Part shown: one piece after another, positions 11,508 to 24,725 of the stretch
Numbering within the stretch: the first letter of the stretch is position 1
How the letters are laid out: each line of letters begins with the position of its first letter
From: Hydrolagus affinis
Lineage: Eukaryota
Length of the DNA: 64,000 nt
Reading direction: 5' to 3'
NCBI GenBank assembly: GCA_012026655.1
Contig: JAAILG010000184.1
Location: forward strand, 1-64,000
Notes under the pieces: model-generated
Told to the model about the DNA's origin: nothing
The model's input: only the letters and a program-made list of their open reading frames with translations
Database searches by the model: none
Position numbers and translations under genes: made by a program

Positions 11508-12805
11508 GTAAGTAATCTTATGGAATGTGAAACTGTTTATCCATACACAAGATTATTGAAAGTCTGTGATGCAGATTCATGAAGAAGTATTATTTAAAAG
11601 TCAGATGGGACATCTGTCAGAAATGTGAGCTTATTGCAAGTTATTATACTGTGTGCGATAATTGCTAGATTGCAGCCTGTTAAATAGATTGACAGAATGA
11701 ATCTTTACATGCACCAGTTCACGCCAGTCCTGTAAAAGGAATGAAAAATGCTCTGAATTAGTTTCTGTGTATGAGATAATATATTTTATTTTGATTAGTG
11801 CGTAGAAAGAACCAGACTTTCATTGTGCCAAACAACTTGCAAACTCTGACAATTCTTCTCCAAGTGCTGTCAAAAAAAACTTTCTACGTGGATTGTAATA
11901 ATGTATAGTAACAAGATTCTCAATCACAGGCCCTGTTTGACAGGTGCGTGAATATTTGTCCATGGCAAGCTGTCAACTACAGTCTGCCCCAGACTTGATT
12001 GTTAAGGGAATTCGTACTTGATATATTTTGCCTAATAGGAAGCCTACGTTCAACATTTCCACAAGTGAGAACAGACAGACAAAATCTCTGGGTACTTCAC
12101 TCTAGCCATCCTTCAAAGATTTCCTGTCAGACTGATTCTATAAGAGGAAAAGGTTTTCAATAATTTTTTAATGCCTGGTAAAATTTTCCATCTCATGGGC
12201 AGAGGAAAGATTTTATCGACTTGTGTTTTCAAAGCCAGGCCCGAGCCTCTTTGAGTAGAATTAGCAAACAGCACAAATCTAGTCTTGAAATCCACACTAA
12301 TCCAGATTTAGATGGGTTAGTGCAGCCAAGCCAAAACCAAGCTTTGTCAGCTTGGACCTGCATTACATTTATTCTTTCCAATTTTTAAATACTGAAATAT
12401 GCTTTACTTTTTCAACAGGAAGCTTGCCTGCACACTGAAAAAAGCGAAAAGACAAAAGCAATTATTGAGCTTTATATTCCAGTCACACATATTATACCAC
12501 CATGACCAAAGTTCTTTTTATTTAGGAAGTTCAGGGTAATCCAAGACCAATTTGAATGTACTGTAACAGAGATCTCTGTTTAGCACATTTGGGAAAATTG
12601 ATTTACAATGGGGTCCATTAGGTTGATTTTACATGATAAATGTTACATTATTCCATCTGTTTCCATCATTTAATCACTGGTGCCACGTGTTTAATAATGG
12701 CTACGTGCTGTTAGACAATTGCATGCTCAGTTAACTGTCGCGATGTTAGTTGTTGATGCACTCCCCGATCAGATCAAAGTCAATATGCTTACTCTAATTA
12801 TAATT

Positions 12806-12948
12806 ACAACAACAACTTACATTTATATCAGCACACTTCATGGAGGATAGCATTTAGAGCATTGTACAATGGCGGATTTGGGTGCCGAGCAATGAAAGAA
12901 GGGGAGATGGAGGTGACCATGGGTGCGGCCGAAGAGGTAGGCCTTCAG
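12806..12948 (-). mobile_element. LINE2 3' fragment
   Basis: (aac)n tail + 'ttacatttatat', then purine-rich 'gaggtgaccatgg..ggccgaagaggtaggcctt' like the other L2 copies. Confidence 0.65.
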
Positions 12949-12974
12949 TCACTGTACTCGTCTTGGTTGTGGGT

Positions 12975-13352
12975 TCCTGTCAAAAGTTGTGGGTTTATAC
13001 CCCAGGTCGGGAATTTGAGCCCATAGTATAAGCTGACACATTTGATACTGGGGGAAACGCTGTCAGAGACACCATCCTTTCAATTTATTAAATTGAGCTT
13101 CTATTCTCACGGATGTTCAAGATCCCATGGTAATATTAGAACAGAAGGAAATTTCTCCTGGTGTCCAAACAACAATACCCCAGAGAGAAATCGGTCATGC
13201 ACTTCATTGTTATTTGTGGGAAATTACTGTAATGTCCCACAAATGGCCACCTCATTTGCATACAAATTCACAGACACTACACAACAGTAAAACTTTCAAG
13301 AGTTGCTAGACATTTTTAAATGATAAATCAATTGCAAGGATCATTATTATTT
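12975..13352 (+). mobile_element. Old AmnSINE1/SacSINE1-like DeuSINE, near full length
   Basis: 'gttgtgggttt', 'gctgacac', 'aagatcccatgg', 'tctcctggtgtcc', 'tttgtggga' and the 'tgcaaggatcattattatt' tail, in the expected order. Confidence 0.75.
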
Positions 13353-15362
13353 TTCTGTGAGTTCTCCCGGAGCCACTTCTCATTTTTGATCCATGGGTCA
13401 TTCATTACGTGTTGCCATTTCCTACATGCTTCCTGATAACAGAATTCCAAATTTGCTGACAAATAAAACTATTTGTTTCGTTTGAACATTAAAAGACTTG
13501 CAGATTGCACCACACCCGCTTTCGGGACCAAGAATAGAAAGCCCAAACTATTGGATCTCCATTTAAATAAAAATACAAGGATTATTATTTCTTAAACTAA
13601 TGTCGAAATTACACAATTGGCAACAATTTTTTTTTATCATTCTTTGGAAGGCACTTAGTAGCAGGACAGCTCATTTATAGTTCTGACTCAACTCGCTCTC
13701 GGCCGGGCTCAATAAACTGAGAAAAATAGGTCGTGTTTTTAGGTGGAAGAGTCAGTTGCAGGCACTAAAGAGAATTTCTAAAGTGATCGTTTTTGAGCAG
13801 CAGCCAAATCGATTCATATCACCTGCAATTGTCCTCAGAGGCGGAAATCGCTTTCCTGGCAGAACCATTTCCTAAGGGTTGTCTCAGCAGCCGGGCTGCA
13901 GGGCAACCCACACTGCCATTGGGTTTTTGGCATCAATCAGCATTATTTACACAATGTGTATCTATTGTACAATTACATCAGACAGTTCTCAGGCTAGCAA
14001 ACCATTTTTATTTTCCCAGTGTCTCACCAAACAGGACATTGCACAGGAAACACTGCTTTCAGACTCCAAAAGCCACTTCAAAAAACATTTTTGAATTCCA
14101 ACATGTTTTTTCTCTTTATAGTGAATTCCAAGGACCAGAATTGTTCAGAGCACAACCCTTTTGCAATGCAATGGATTATATATAACCTCTGGACTGGAGT
14201 AAAAGAAACTACTGTATATGCTGCTATTTTTATATGTTTGCTTTTTTTTAACTTGGTTTAACCCAAAGTTTGCTTAATCTTGTCTGATTCTGCACAGTTG
14301 ACTGCGTTGTATAGTTTGACTTGCTCTGAACTTTCGAAAGATTTTCAAATACAGTATTGGTAATTAAAGAGAATTAACAAAGGGCTTCTCTCGCTGCTGT
14401 TGGTCGAAGGCGGTGGTCAAGAGATTGTTGCCGGTTTTTCACGTGTTGCAGTTTGACCTTAAGAAGTGCAAAATGAGCTGTAGCAACCTTGCATTTATAT
14501 AAAACCCTTTACTTGGGTAGAATTCTGGAACACTCTTGAGCTATACCTGAAACCACCTCGTTCAGGAGACATCAGATCTAGGGATACCTGTTTTTTCAAA
14601 CTGCTTTAACATCATTGTATGCTGAACGTTTGGCAACTTGCAATAATTGTGCCAATTTGCCACTAAACAACAACATTAAGCCACACTGAAATGTATTTAA
14701 GTTAAAAGGGAATGCAAGCGGTTGCCATGGGACTGCCTGAAAGTATTCCTTCAGTGCTGATTTACGGTGTCTAAATTGATGCAGCTAGGACAATTGTCGT
14801 ATGGATGAATCATTTGAATTGGGCAGGTTGGTGAAAGTTTAAATTTATATGGAAATGCCGAGGTAAATGGAAAGAGTTGTATATTATGTACTTCTGCATT
14901 AGCATTATCCAATCAAACCCCACAGTGAATGCAGAGAAAATGTCAGAATAAATCTCTAAAATGTCTCTCACAATCAGATCTTTTTATTTTATAAACGTTT
15001 TTATTTTGCAGTGAAGAATAATTTGTACAAGCCATTTTAATATGGCAAGCAATGTGTCAGAAAGTCATGCCTTAAGTAGGCCTTTAAACAGTTTAATAAA
15101 CAATTGGCAAAGTCTTCCTCATGGCTCTCAAGGGAATGGTAGCGTATGATAAAACTGGTGTAATTGGGGCTGGTCACAGTAATGAAATCAGCAATATATT
15201 TTGTGGTGTAGGATACAGAAGGAAGCAAAGCTTTTGTTAAGTTAGTTGTCTCCGAGGGTTTGACCTTGATAAAGTTCTTGCCTGGCACTTTTAAAGTATG
15301 GTTGTCACTTATCAGTTGTCACCTTTTATTACTGTTAAGAAAATGGACTGTATTGAAATATT

Positions 15363-15703
15363 CGCCTCCGACTCAGAAAGATTCAAGCATTATATTGGGA
15401 TTATTAATTCACACTGTATAGGGTGATATTACAATGGAGTGCTAGGGACGCTGTACATTGTCAGAGGTGCCATCCTTCTGGTGAGATGTTGAACTGCAGT
15501 ACCATTTGCTTACTCATTGAACATTGGAGACAAAATTCTAAAAGAGAAGGTAGCTTGTCTAACCCAAACAAAATTGACCATTCATTTCACGATTCTTTAT
15601 AGGGCATTGCTGTGCACAAATTAGCAGCCATATTTGCCCAACAAAAATTATAGTTGCTACATTTTACAGTGAATCCTGTGAAGCACTCTGAGACTCCCGA
15701 CAT
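15363..15703 (+). mobile_element. Old AmnSINE1/SacSINE1-like DeuSINE
   Basis: 'cgcctccgactcagaa', 'tgtcagaggtgccatcctt..gagatgttgaac', 'gctgtgcacaaattagcagcc', 'gtgaagcactctgagac'. Confidence 0.75.
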
Positions 15704-15758
15704 AAAACAACAACAGAATTACATTTATATAGTGTCTTTCATCTCGGGAGGATGTCCC
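15704..15758 (-). mobile_element. LINE2 extreme 3' end
   Basis: (aac)n + 'acatttatatag..tttcatctcgggaggatgtccc'. Confidence 0.75.
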
Positions 15759-15762
15759 TGTA

Positions 15763-16073
15763 AAATAGTAATAATCCTTCCATTTGATGTAGCACTTTTC
15801 AAGTCTTCTAGATATCTCAAAGTGCTTCACAGAATACCGTATACTGTAAAGTGAATTATTTATATATTTGTGGGTGAAACGCGGTAGCCAATTGCGCACA
15901 GCAGTGTCCCACAAACAGTGGTAGATTGAACTGACCAATTTTTTTGTTTGTTTTTTGAGCGATTATTATTAGACGTGTGGATTAAAGAAACTTGCTTAAG
16001 GTTTCGCGCTGCCTAGAATCGATCCAGGTCTTTCAATTGTGAGGCAAGTTCTCTGACCACGGAGCTACAGGAC
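15763..16073 (-). mobile_element. Full-length tRNA-derived DeuSINE (SINE2-1_CM-like)
   Basis: Tail 'aataatccttccatttgat', Deu core 'gccaattgcgcacagcagtgtcccacaaacag', tRNA head 'accacggagctacaggac'. Confidence 0.9.
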
Positions 16074-16764
16074 AGATAAAAGGACTTATTTCAAACGCAA
16101 GAATTATTTAGTTAAAGGGTTTCAAGTAAAGATTTCTTATTTTCTAATGAAATCATTCTGCAGATACTTTACCTGTTTGTTTTGTTGCATTTTCTGTTTG
16201 TTCTTGTATTGCTTTGGGCTGAACCGAACTATGTAAGCATTTTTAGTTGGAATGCAATATTGCAACAAAGGAGAAACCTTTCCATTCAGTGCTGCAGTAA
16301 TATGTGAAAGTGTATTTCTTTTAACCTAAATAAACTTTGACTTGCTAAAACCGCAACAGTAACCAAGGAAATTAATTGTAAAAATAAATAGATCACAAGT
16401 AGTAGCGAAATAGCAAGCAAAACATACAGAGAGCGATCTGCTGGTGTTTATAAAGTAATGAAGTTGCTATTGGCTATCAGTTTGCCAAAGCTGTAAAGTA
16501 AGTTGTCCCTGGTGAACAACTGAGCAGAGTTTTCCAGATGTCTGTGAGTTATATTATTACAATTCACATTAGTCAATGGATACATTTCAAATTTGCAGAA
16601 ATAGTCTTGTAAGTAATTGAATCACACAATTAGATTTACCAGATCACTCACTGCAGCTCAACCAGTCTACAGATTTTGACGCTAAATACATTTAGAACAG
16701 TGATAGCTCTGTATGATTGTTGTGCTGGTATCATTGTGACACAGATTAGTGTATATATTGTATA

Positions 16765-16850
16765 TAGTAATCCTCCCATTTGCTATAGCACCTTATCGCA
16801 TCGATGAAACCTCTTAAAGCACTTCACAGGATAATACAATGAAGTGTAGT
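16765..16850 (-). mobile_element. SINE 3' tail fragment
   Basis: 'taatcctcccatttgctatagcacctt..aaagcacttcacag'. Confidence 0.65.
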
Positions 16851-17161
16851 GCAAGTGTATTTGGAAGCAAATATCAAGAGAGTGAGCAAGCAGGGTAGAT
16901 TTCAATGACTAAATATGAAGTAGGACTCATGGCTAAATTATGTATATTGATGCAGCTGCATATTTTATGATCAGGATTTTTTTGTGACAGGCATATTTCA
17001 GCAGTGCTTATAACCTGAAGCCTGCATTGCTAAGTTTCAATGCAAAAATATTTTCCAGTGTGAAGGGATGTGCAGTTATTGACTAAATAATGGAAACCAT
17101 ATACTAGGCAGTAAAGTTTATTCTTTAACAGGTAAGTGACTGCCAGACAAATCTCCACTTC

Positions 17162-17272
17162 TAATAATAATAATCCTTGCATTTGATATAGCGCTTTATC
17201 GTGTCTTTGAATGTCTCAAAGCGCTTCAGAAAATATACTGTAAACTGAATTGATTGTATATTATGGGCAAAA
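17162..17272 (-). mobile_element. SINE2-1_CM-like 3' fragment
   Basis: (taa)4 + 'tccttgcatttgatatagcgcttt..tctcaaagcgcttcagaaaatatactgtaaa'. Confidence 0.85.
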
Positions 17273-20200
17273 ATGCTATTTAATTGTGGAGTTCTCAAGC
17301 CACATCTAATAGTACCTTAAAATTGATCGTTCCTAGACTTTGACTGGTTAGGTACACAACTTTGTGATATATTATTCATTGGGGGAGGTATTAGCAGCTG
17401 CATTACCTTGCATGAGAACCTGGTAGTTCTCTAGAATTCTAATGCACAAACATGGAAGCAAATCAGAAATTGGTTTAAACCAAAGTAACGAATGCTTACA
17501 GCAACTCAATGGCTTGAGACAGGATGGGAAGCATGCCATGTTGGTATTTATGCCAACGTACGATTAAGGCTTTCAATTAAGCCCATGAAGAAAGTCTTCC
17601 CTTCCTCAGTTAGCCCTTCGGTTACTTAAGGTATTTGAATGCACCCTTGATAAAGAAGTACGTTAATGTACATAGAAAAATGCATAGAGAAACCAGCTGG
17701 TATAAAATCATTATTTCAGGTTCATTGCAGCCCTGATCCAGAGGATTTTATTCTTAAACTGTTTTGCAGTTTAGCAATAATATTTTTTGGTACTTGCAGC
17801 AAGGTTATGAACCAAGGCTGAAGCACTTGGAGAGTTGATTGGTAACTCAATATTTAAAATGTGTCAACTCAGCTACTCCTTTAACTCATTTTGGTAAGAG
17901 CACAGCATTCTACAAACTTCAAACGTCATGCATTTTCGACCGTGTTTTAATGGTTCTTGCTATTTGCCGCACACCAAATGTTTAGTTTTTTAACTGAAGA
18001 GGTTTACTTAGCTTTTTTGGAGGAGTAGTGTTAAACTAAACGCAATGAGATAGCTCAGCAACTATCAGAGGAAAATGCATTTCAGTGTAAAATGCTGCTC
18101 AAAACATGTCACAAATCCTTTTTAATGCACCTTGTTACCTGTGATGAATAATTGTGAGTGAAAAATCCAGGAGTTTTCTCACTGTCTACTTGGGCAATAA
18201 TTCAATTCTGCCCAAATTACCAACAGTTCCAATTTCCTCATTTCTGATCCCAGTGGTAACCATCACGGACCATTAATGTACAGCTCTGTGTATCATTAGC
18301 ATTGCACAAACCAAGCCCTGAGAACAATGGTGTCATTGGCTTGCCTTCACGCAAGAGAACATTCGTGCATGACTATTGGGTGCTAACTAAGTGGATTTAT
18401 TGCTCCGTTACCACCTAAAACACAATTGTTGGCAGCTATGGGGAACTCTTCCCCAGCGTGCTAACGTCTTGAAAACATAACTTCACAAAACTCCTGTACT
18501 GTATGCCTGGTCTTTACTGTTCTACATCTCTGTTGTTGCACTTTGGCTTCTCTGTTGTAACTCTTTATGTCACCAATTGATTTGTGCTTCGCAGGGTCTC
18601 TTATGAATGCTCTTTCTACCCTTTACTGTCTATCTTTAAGGGAGTACGTCATTTAATGGTTTAAGGATATCTTGTAACAATCAGGAATTTTATTCGAAAC
18701 CTACTTCTGTTTAAATGATTCCGATGCTTATTATTTCACAGAGCAAAATGAAGTAATTTTGGTCAAGCTACTTCTCACCTCAGTAGAAACTAATGGTGGA
18801 GGGAGGGGGAGAGAAACATCTAATTTAGTTGTTCCTTTCAACCGATAGAGTGCAATTGTGCATATACAGCACTTAGGCTTCTACATTCATAATGTCTGTG
18901 CCTGGAGCTACTTATAACAACAATTGTGTGGGGACATTGCAAAGTACTTGTTTATTACCTGATGGTTTTGTGCCAGTATACAGTTCCCCTTAGAGAGTTC
19001 AGTTAAGAAAGGGGTACTGTTGTGCTCTGAGGATGAGTGTATCAATTATCACTACAGAATTGATAGCCTGATCAGAGAGAGTGGGAAGTGCATTTTGCTA
19101 TGATGATCTCAAATGAACTAAACGAGATTTGTCACATCTCCCTAGTTGTACAATAGAAAAGACAGCGTGGAAACCCTGCAGACCAGCTGTTGAGATCAAA
19201 CTTCTATTTTCAGATACAGCTATGGCATGCAAGTGTCACATTGCCTGCTAAAGAACCAGAGCAGTAACTCCAACTGTGTAGATTATAAGGACGCAACAAC
19301 TCAAAAAGAGCTGCCTGCCATCTATCTTATTTTTCATTCCACCCCATTCCAATCCACTTTGGGAAAATAAATACTTTAAACAATCCCGTTTTAAGATTTA
19401 TGGAAAGAAAACCAGAATTGGATCACATGTTTTGGAAATAATCCCCTTTAACAAATATCTGCATAGTTTTTTGGGGACAAGCAAGCCAACCTCACTTAAA
19501 TTTGAAATGTATTTTAAAGGTCATTCATGGAGAACTGTAAGGTCACTTATTGCAGTCATGTGTCTCACGGTCAATTTTGCCCCAAATTGTACTTTCATTG
19601 AGAATTATAATTTACACATAGAGATGATTTAGGAAAAGACTGTGTAATGTGAAGTGCAAGCATGCTGGGTTCCACTTCTTTGTTTGGATGAAAGCATGTA
19701 CAGTGAATCACAAAAATTGTACACAATCAATCTATATTTTTAAAATAAGAAATAATATACCAAACACACACAGACATATTAGGAATGCATTAAATTGAGC
19801 AGGTGTTTGCTTCAGTCTGATACCTCCTTTAACCCATCATTCCCTTTCAAGCTTAATTTGAAACTTGGGAATTTGTATTTAGATAGAATTATTTTTTCCC
19901 AGGTACTGTTGGAGATTATTACAATTTTAAGTAGCACCTTTGGCATTTAACAAAAACAATCAGAAGCGATTACGTATTATCATAATACAGCACTAAATTC
20001 TACTCTGCTTGTGCAGAAACCTTAACACTTCAAACACCATAAACATTCCAACACCTTTCTCTCTATTTACAAATGAGTATGTATTGTGTGTTAGTACGTG
20101 ATTCTTCATGTTTATTTTCATGTTTCATATCTTCATGTATATTATATAAGGTGTGATATCAAATGCGAGGATTATTATTATTATTATCATTATTAATGAT

Positions 20201-21179
20201 AATCAGAGTATATTTCCAAATGTGTTCTTGGCTTGGCGGGTGAGGAAATTTCCAGAAGTATTAATTCATTCATCACAATCAATCAGCAAGCTCTGTATTG
20301 ACATCCAGTGATCCACTGGGATGAAAACAACTCAACCAGATCACCTAAAATAAAGCATATGTGTGAGTGCAGCCCACTGATGCAACAAACAATAAAAAGC
20401 TCAACACAACGCTGTCACAATGTAGACAGGTTCAAAAAAACCACATAACAAAGAACCTGCAAAGCTCAGGATAATACAATGGATCCATCCCTAAAATTAT
20501 TAACAATAGAAATGCGTAGTTTTGCTCAGGCATCCATTGCCAGCCTTCAGAATTTCAGTGTCCCAACCATATCAAGACTGGCAATGATTGCAATAATATA
20601 TATATTTTTAAATACTTAATTATTATATTTCTCAAAGGAGGAGGATGACAAATGGTTGAGCTTTGTACAAACCTCACACCCAACTGGGTATCAACTCTTA
20701 TCTTCTGGCAGAGACCAAGTGTTAAACAGACTATGTAAAAAAGGAATTAATAGTTCCCATAAGATTTGATGGACAAGATTTGATGGATAATTTTCTCCAT
20801 CATGGCAATTTCTTCTGCCCTTTTGATCCATTGTGGTAGACATTGAAAACATATGTAAATGGACAAGCTTCCAAAGTATGTAACAGGCAACTGTGATACT
20901 TTAACTAGTTGAACCGTTATCTTAGATTCTTTGTGTCTTTCACTTCATCTCCATGCACATTAGCTGCCACCTATTACAAAGTTAGATTAACATCTCTATC
21001 ACCGTAGGAGCCATTATAAAACTGTGCACAGTAATGAGATTTAGTTGCTGGAGGAACAATCCAGCCTATTCCGAAAAGGCTTATTACCTGTTGTTTTTGC
21101 AAGGATGGTTCATTAAAAGTGCAATAATTAGTCCGAGTAATTTAAACAATCACTCACATATAGGAGCTACTTAACCTAC

Positions 21180-21250
21180 ACTGGAAGGATGAGATCAAAT
21201 GGGCCGAAGAGCTTTATTTATCTGAGCGTCTTGTGATCTTGTGTGAACAA
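21180..21250 (+). mobile_element. CR1 3' UTR end
   Basis: 'ggatgagatcaaatgggccgaagagc..ttgtga' matches 1924-1975. Confidence 0.65.
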
Positions 21251-24239
21251 CCATACCAGGAATGTGTTACCATTGCTCCACATGAAATTCAGAGTATTTC
21301 ATTTCATGCCCTAACCCCCAACTGCAGCAGTTATGCTGAGTGGCAAGAATTAAGCAAAACTAAACTAAAGTGTGTCTCATTGAGGTCATTAGCTCTGTTG
21401 CAGGGAGTTTTTTTTAATCATTGTGTAGATTATTGCAGCATGTTGAAATCATTGATGACTGCATTTAACAAAGGTAACTCCATTCACAAAGGGAACTTGT
21501 ACACTGCCATAGGCTGCCCAGTGCCACCTACTAGATCAGTGCTCAATTTCATCATTATAAATCACTCTATTCTTGTTTATTTTTATTCAGCAATATTATT
21601 TTGTTTATTGCATCTGGTCTCATTCCAAGAATTAGTAAAAAAAATCAACCATCTGATCAAACTGTCATTACAATAAATTTCTGCATTGCACAGATTGAAT
21701 CTCGATCACATTGCTTGGAGTGTTAACACGTATGAGTGCTCTGCTGTGTGACAATTGACAGCAAAACTTCAGCACATGTGAGACAAATCAGATTGTGAAG
21801 GTTCTTTGAACAGAGAGAACATGTTGTTCACGTGTTACACCTCCTCTCAGTGTACCTATGGCACAAAGCACAAAAGTATACTTCAGAATTCAAAGTTTTG
21901 GGTATTCTCTTTTCAAAAGAAACAGAAAGGTTCAATAGCAATGAACGATGCTAAGCAATCAAAACAGTCAGATCCAGATGAGTTGGGGACAGCTTTGAAA
22001 TGTTTGGAATAAAAGATAGATGCCACGGCTTATAACATGAAGTGCTTTGTGTGACTTTGGCGAGGGTGGAACTACTCCAAAAGAACTGTGAAGTGATTTG
22101 TGCTTGGCCAAGAAATGAGGTGGAAATTATTGCCATCAGAATTGTGCGCTCTTACATGCACAGATGGAACGACTCAGTATATGATTTTACCTATACTCGG
22201 GGCATGTGGGTAATGACTGAAATTAGAGTTTGCCTGCCACTAGAATCTGTCTTTGGGAAATGTTGACACACTTAACATTAACAAATTGGAAATTTACTTC
22301 CCAATGTACTCATTATATGCAGGATTCAAAATTAAGCTGCTAGACCACCAGACAGCAGGATGTGGATATGATAAATATCATTGGTCGAAAGCAACTAATT
22401 TGAAATGTGTTATACCCAAACTGAGATGCTGACGCTTATATAAATAGAGATTATCGCTGGCATTAAAAAAAAACTACCATTGTTGTTTTGCACCAGTTTC
22501 TTTTATGTTATCAGCCTCTTAATCGAATTCACAGTGGGGGTGGGAACATCTGTTCGTCTCCTCTAATATCACTGTTGCCAGTTTCCCATCACATCCCTTG
22601 AAGTAAGTGGCATCATTTTTTAAATATTAAATAATTACAGTGAATCATTATGAATATTTAGCAACCTTTTTATTTCTAAATTGCAAATAGTTTTGCTTCA
22701 ATGGTCAATGCTCCCTGCCATTCCCAGAGAATGTCTGGAACTGGGAAAGGATTCCAGGGAGAGGATTTCACTAGGAAAATCATTTGTCATTCTATATTAT
22801 TTGCAGGTACTTCATATAGGTTCATCCTCGGCTGTTAAAATGAATCATTTTCAATACCGTCACCGAATAAGTCAGTTCTACAGTAACTTTAGCAACTACA
22901 CATTATTCAACATGGTTAGTGGGACTCTGCTTACACTTTGGTGCAGATACATAAAACTCTCCTCACTCCTCACTCAGCCAAATTATGATTTTGGATTAGT
23001 AAGATTAAGTATAAATCAAGCTTCTCGCTCAGGAATGCTTTATTTCTGAAAGGAATCAACCCCAACTTAGAGACATGTCAGAAAAAGGAAAGCCTCACAT
23101 ATTAGACTCCAGCAAGATCTCTAGCAAAACTAATATTTATTATGTTTGTAATTGAAGTTGTTAAGTGAGCAGAGCAACCTCTTGGCAGTCTGGCTGGTCC
23201 ATTTGATAACTATTGGGTTCAATCGCCAAAGCAGCATTAATTCAGAGCCCTGCATATGGAACCACCTGGTTCTGTTTTCTGAGCAGATTGCAATAACAAT
23301 ATCTTGCTTCATTTCCAAATGATCCAAACAGACTGGAAAGGTGTAAATGGTTGAACAACCATTACTCACGGTACAGTTGCCCAACTAGGAATTAAGAGCC
23401 ATAATCTGGTTATATTGCTGATGCAATTATCATGAATTGCTGTGATATCTAACTTTAACCTTTATATTGACTTTGGGTTTTGAATTGCCCTTTCCTTTTC
23501 ACCCCCCATCCACAGCATCAAATCTTCCACATTCATCCTGATGTCCTAAATCATGGGTTGTTCTTCAGCTATTGTTGATACTATTTCTTACTAACTAACT
23601 GAAGGTGTTGTTTTTTTTTCAACCTGCCTCAAGTGGAATATTGTGCAATCCAGAAATATTCTCACTTTGTCCCATGGGCATCACCTGCGGAGGGTGGCAT
23701 TCAAATACTTGGTTTCTGAATAAGCATCCTGTCCTCAGCCATTGAAATCACTGTCAGGCCTAAATAATGCTGTTGGGTGATTAGTAGTGACTTAATTTGT
23801 AAATCTAAGTGATCCTGTACTGTCAATTATTTTGAGTTTATTTGCATTTGTTTGAATTTAGCACATGTTGGACTCTTCCTGTCCATTATCATTTTCCTGT
23901 TTCACCTCCAGTGGTTTTTCAAGAAATCTATTTTCAATTTTCCAGTGTTACCTTTCTGCCACTATGATGGATGCTCGAATCTAATTTGTGGTATTTCTTA
24001 TCCGGGAATGCAAATGACACCAATTGAGATTCCTTCCACTAGCCGTAGATGCGTCAGGCCAATTAGCAAGCTACTTCCGGAGTGGAGTTCCCAAAGGGCA
24101 ACTGGAATACTAACAGGATTCCTTATTAAGATTCCCATTAAGAAATCCCCAAACTAGACCCCATTGTCTAACATCAGTGACTGGAGTCCAGCGGCAACAT
24201 TTGAGTTTCCCTTATTTTAATGTCTGTTTTTAATATATA

Positions 24240-24482
24240 TCCTACCCTTTGGAACTCCATCCTATGGTCCCTCCACCTGCCCCTTCCCTTCCTCCTTCAA
24301 GATCCATCTCAAGACCCTCCTCTTCGACCGTACCTTCAGTCACGCTCCTACCCTTATCCCCCCGCCCTCCATCCCTCCTTATCCCAAACACCAGCTCAGG
24401 TGTGGATCCCTGACTGTCCAGTGTCTTGGAACATCCTCCTGACGTGAAAGGCACAATAGAAATTACCTTTTTGGTTGTTGCT
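24240..24482 (+). mobile_element. LINE2 3' fragment
   Basis: PTLWNSI motif, 'ctcaagaccctcctctt', tail 'ttggaacatcctcctgacgtgaaaggcac'. Homologous to 62400-62862. Confidence 0.85.
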
Positions 24483-24669
24483 GATTCTGTACAGTTGGGA
24501 AATCCCTGGTGATTTTCTGACAAGGATCTGGTCAATTATGGGGGAATTATTTGGGGGTATCCTAAGTAGAATAGGGCATGGCATTAAATGCTTGATAGTT
24601 TTGTAGTGGGAAAAAATTTCCTACTGTTATCCTGCTATTCATTTTCATATGACTATATTCTATTCAAAT

Positions 24670-24725
24670 GCAACAACTTGCATTTGTAAAGCGCCCTCCA
24701 TGCTGGGCGACATCTCAGATCGCTT
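24670..24725 (-). mobile_element. LINE2-type extreme 3' end
   Basis: 'caacaacttgcatttgtaaagcgccctccatgctgggcgacatctcaga'; same subfamily as 2035 and 40571. Confidence 0.75.

Noticed and set aside
19885-19908. Other AG|GT junctions (19901, ~22806, ~39584) as recursive sites
   Set aside because: Reconstituted donors (GTACTG, GTACTT, GTATTC) are weak and expected by chance in 64 kb.
20761-20788. Short tandem duplications (aagatttgatgga x2; also ~26118, ~32421, ~39808, ~45400)
   Set aside because: Ordinary slippage duplications with no regular repeat-spacer structure; not CRISPR-like.
21233-21676. 147-aa ORF
   Set aside because: Non-ATG start inside a CR1 tail; no recognisable domain or splice structure.
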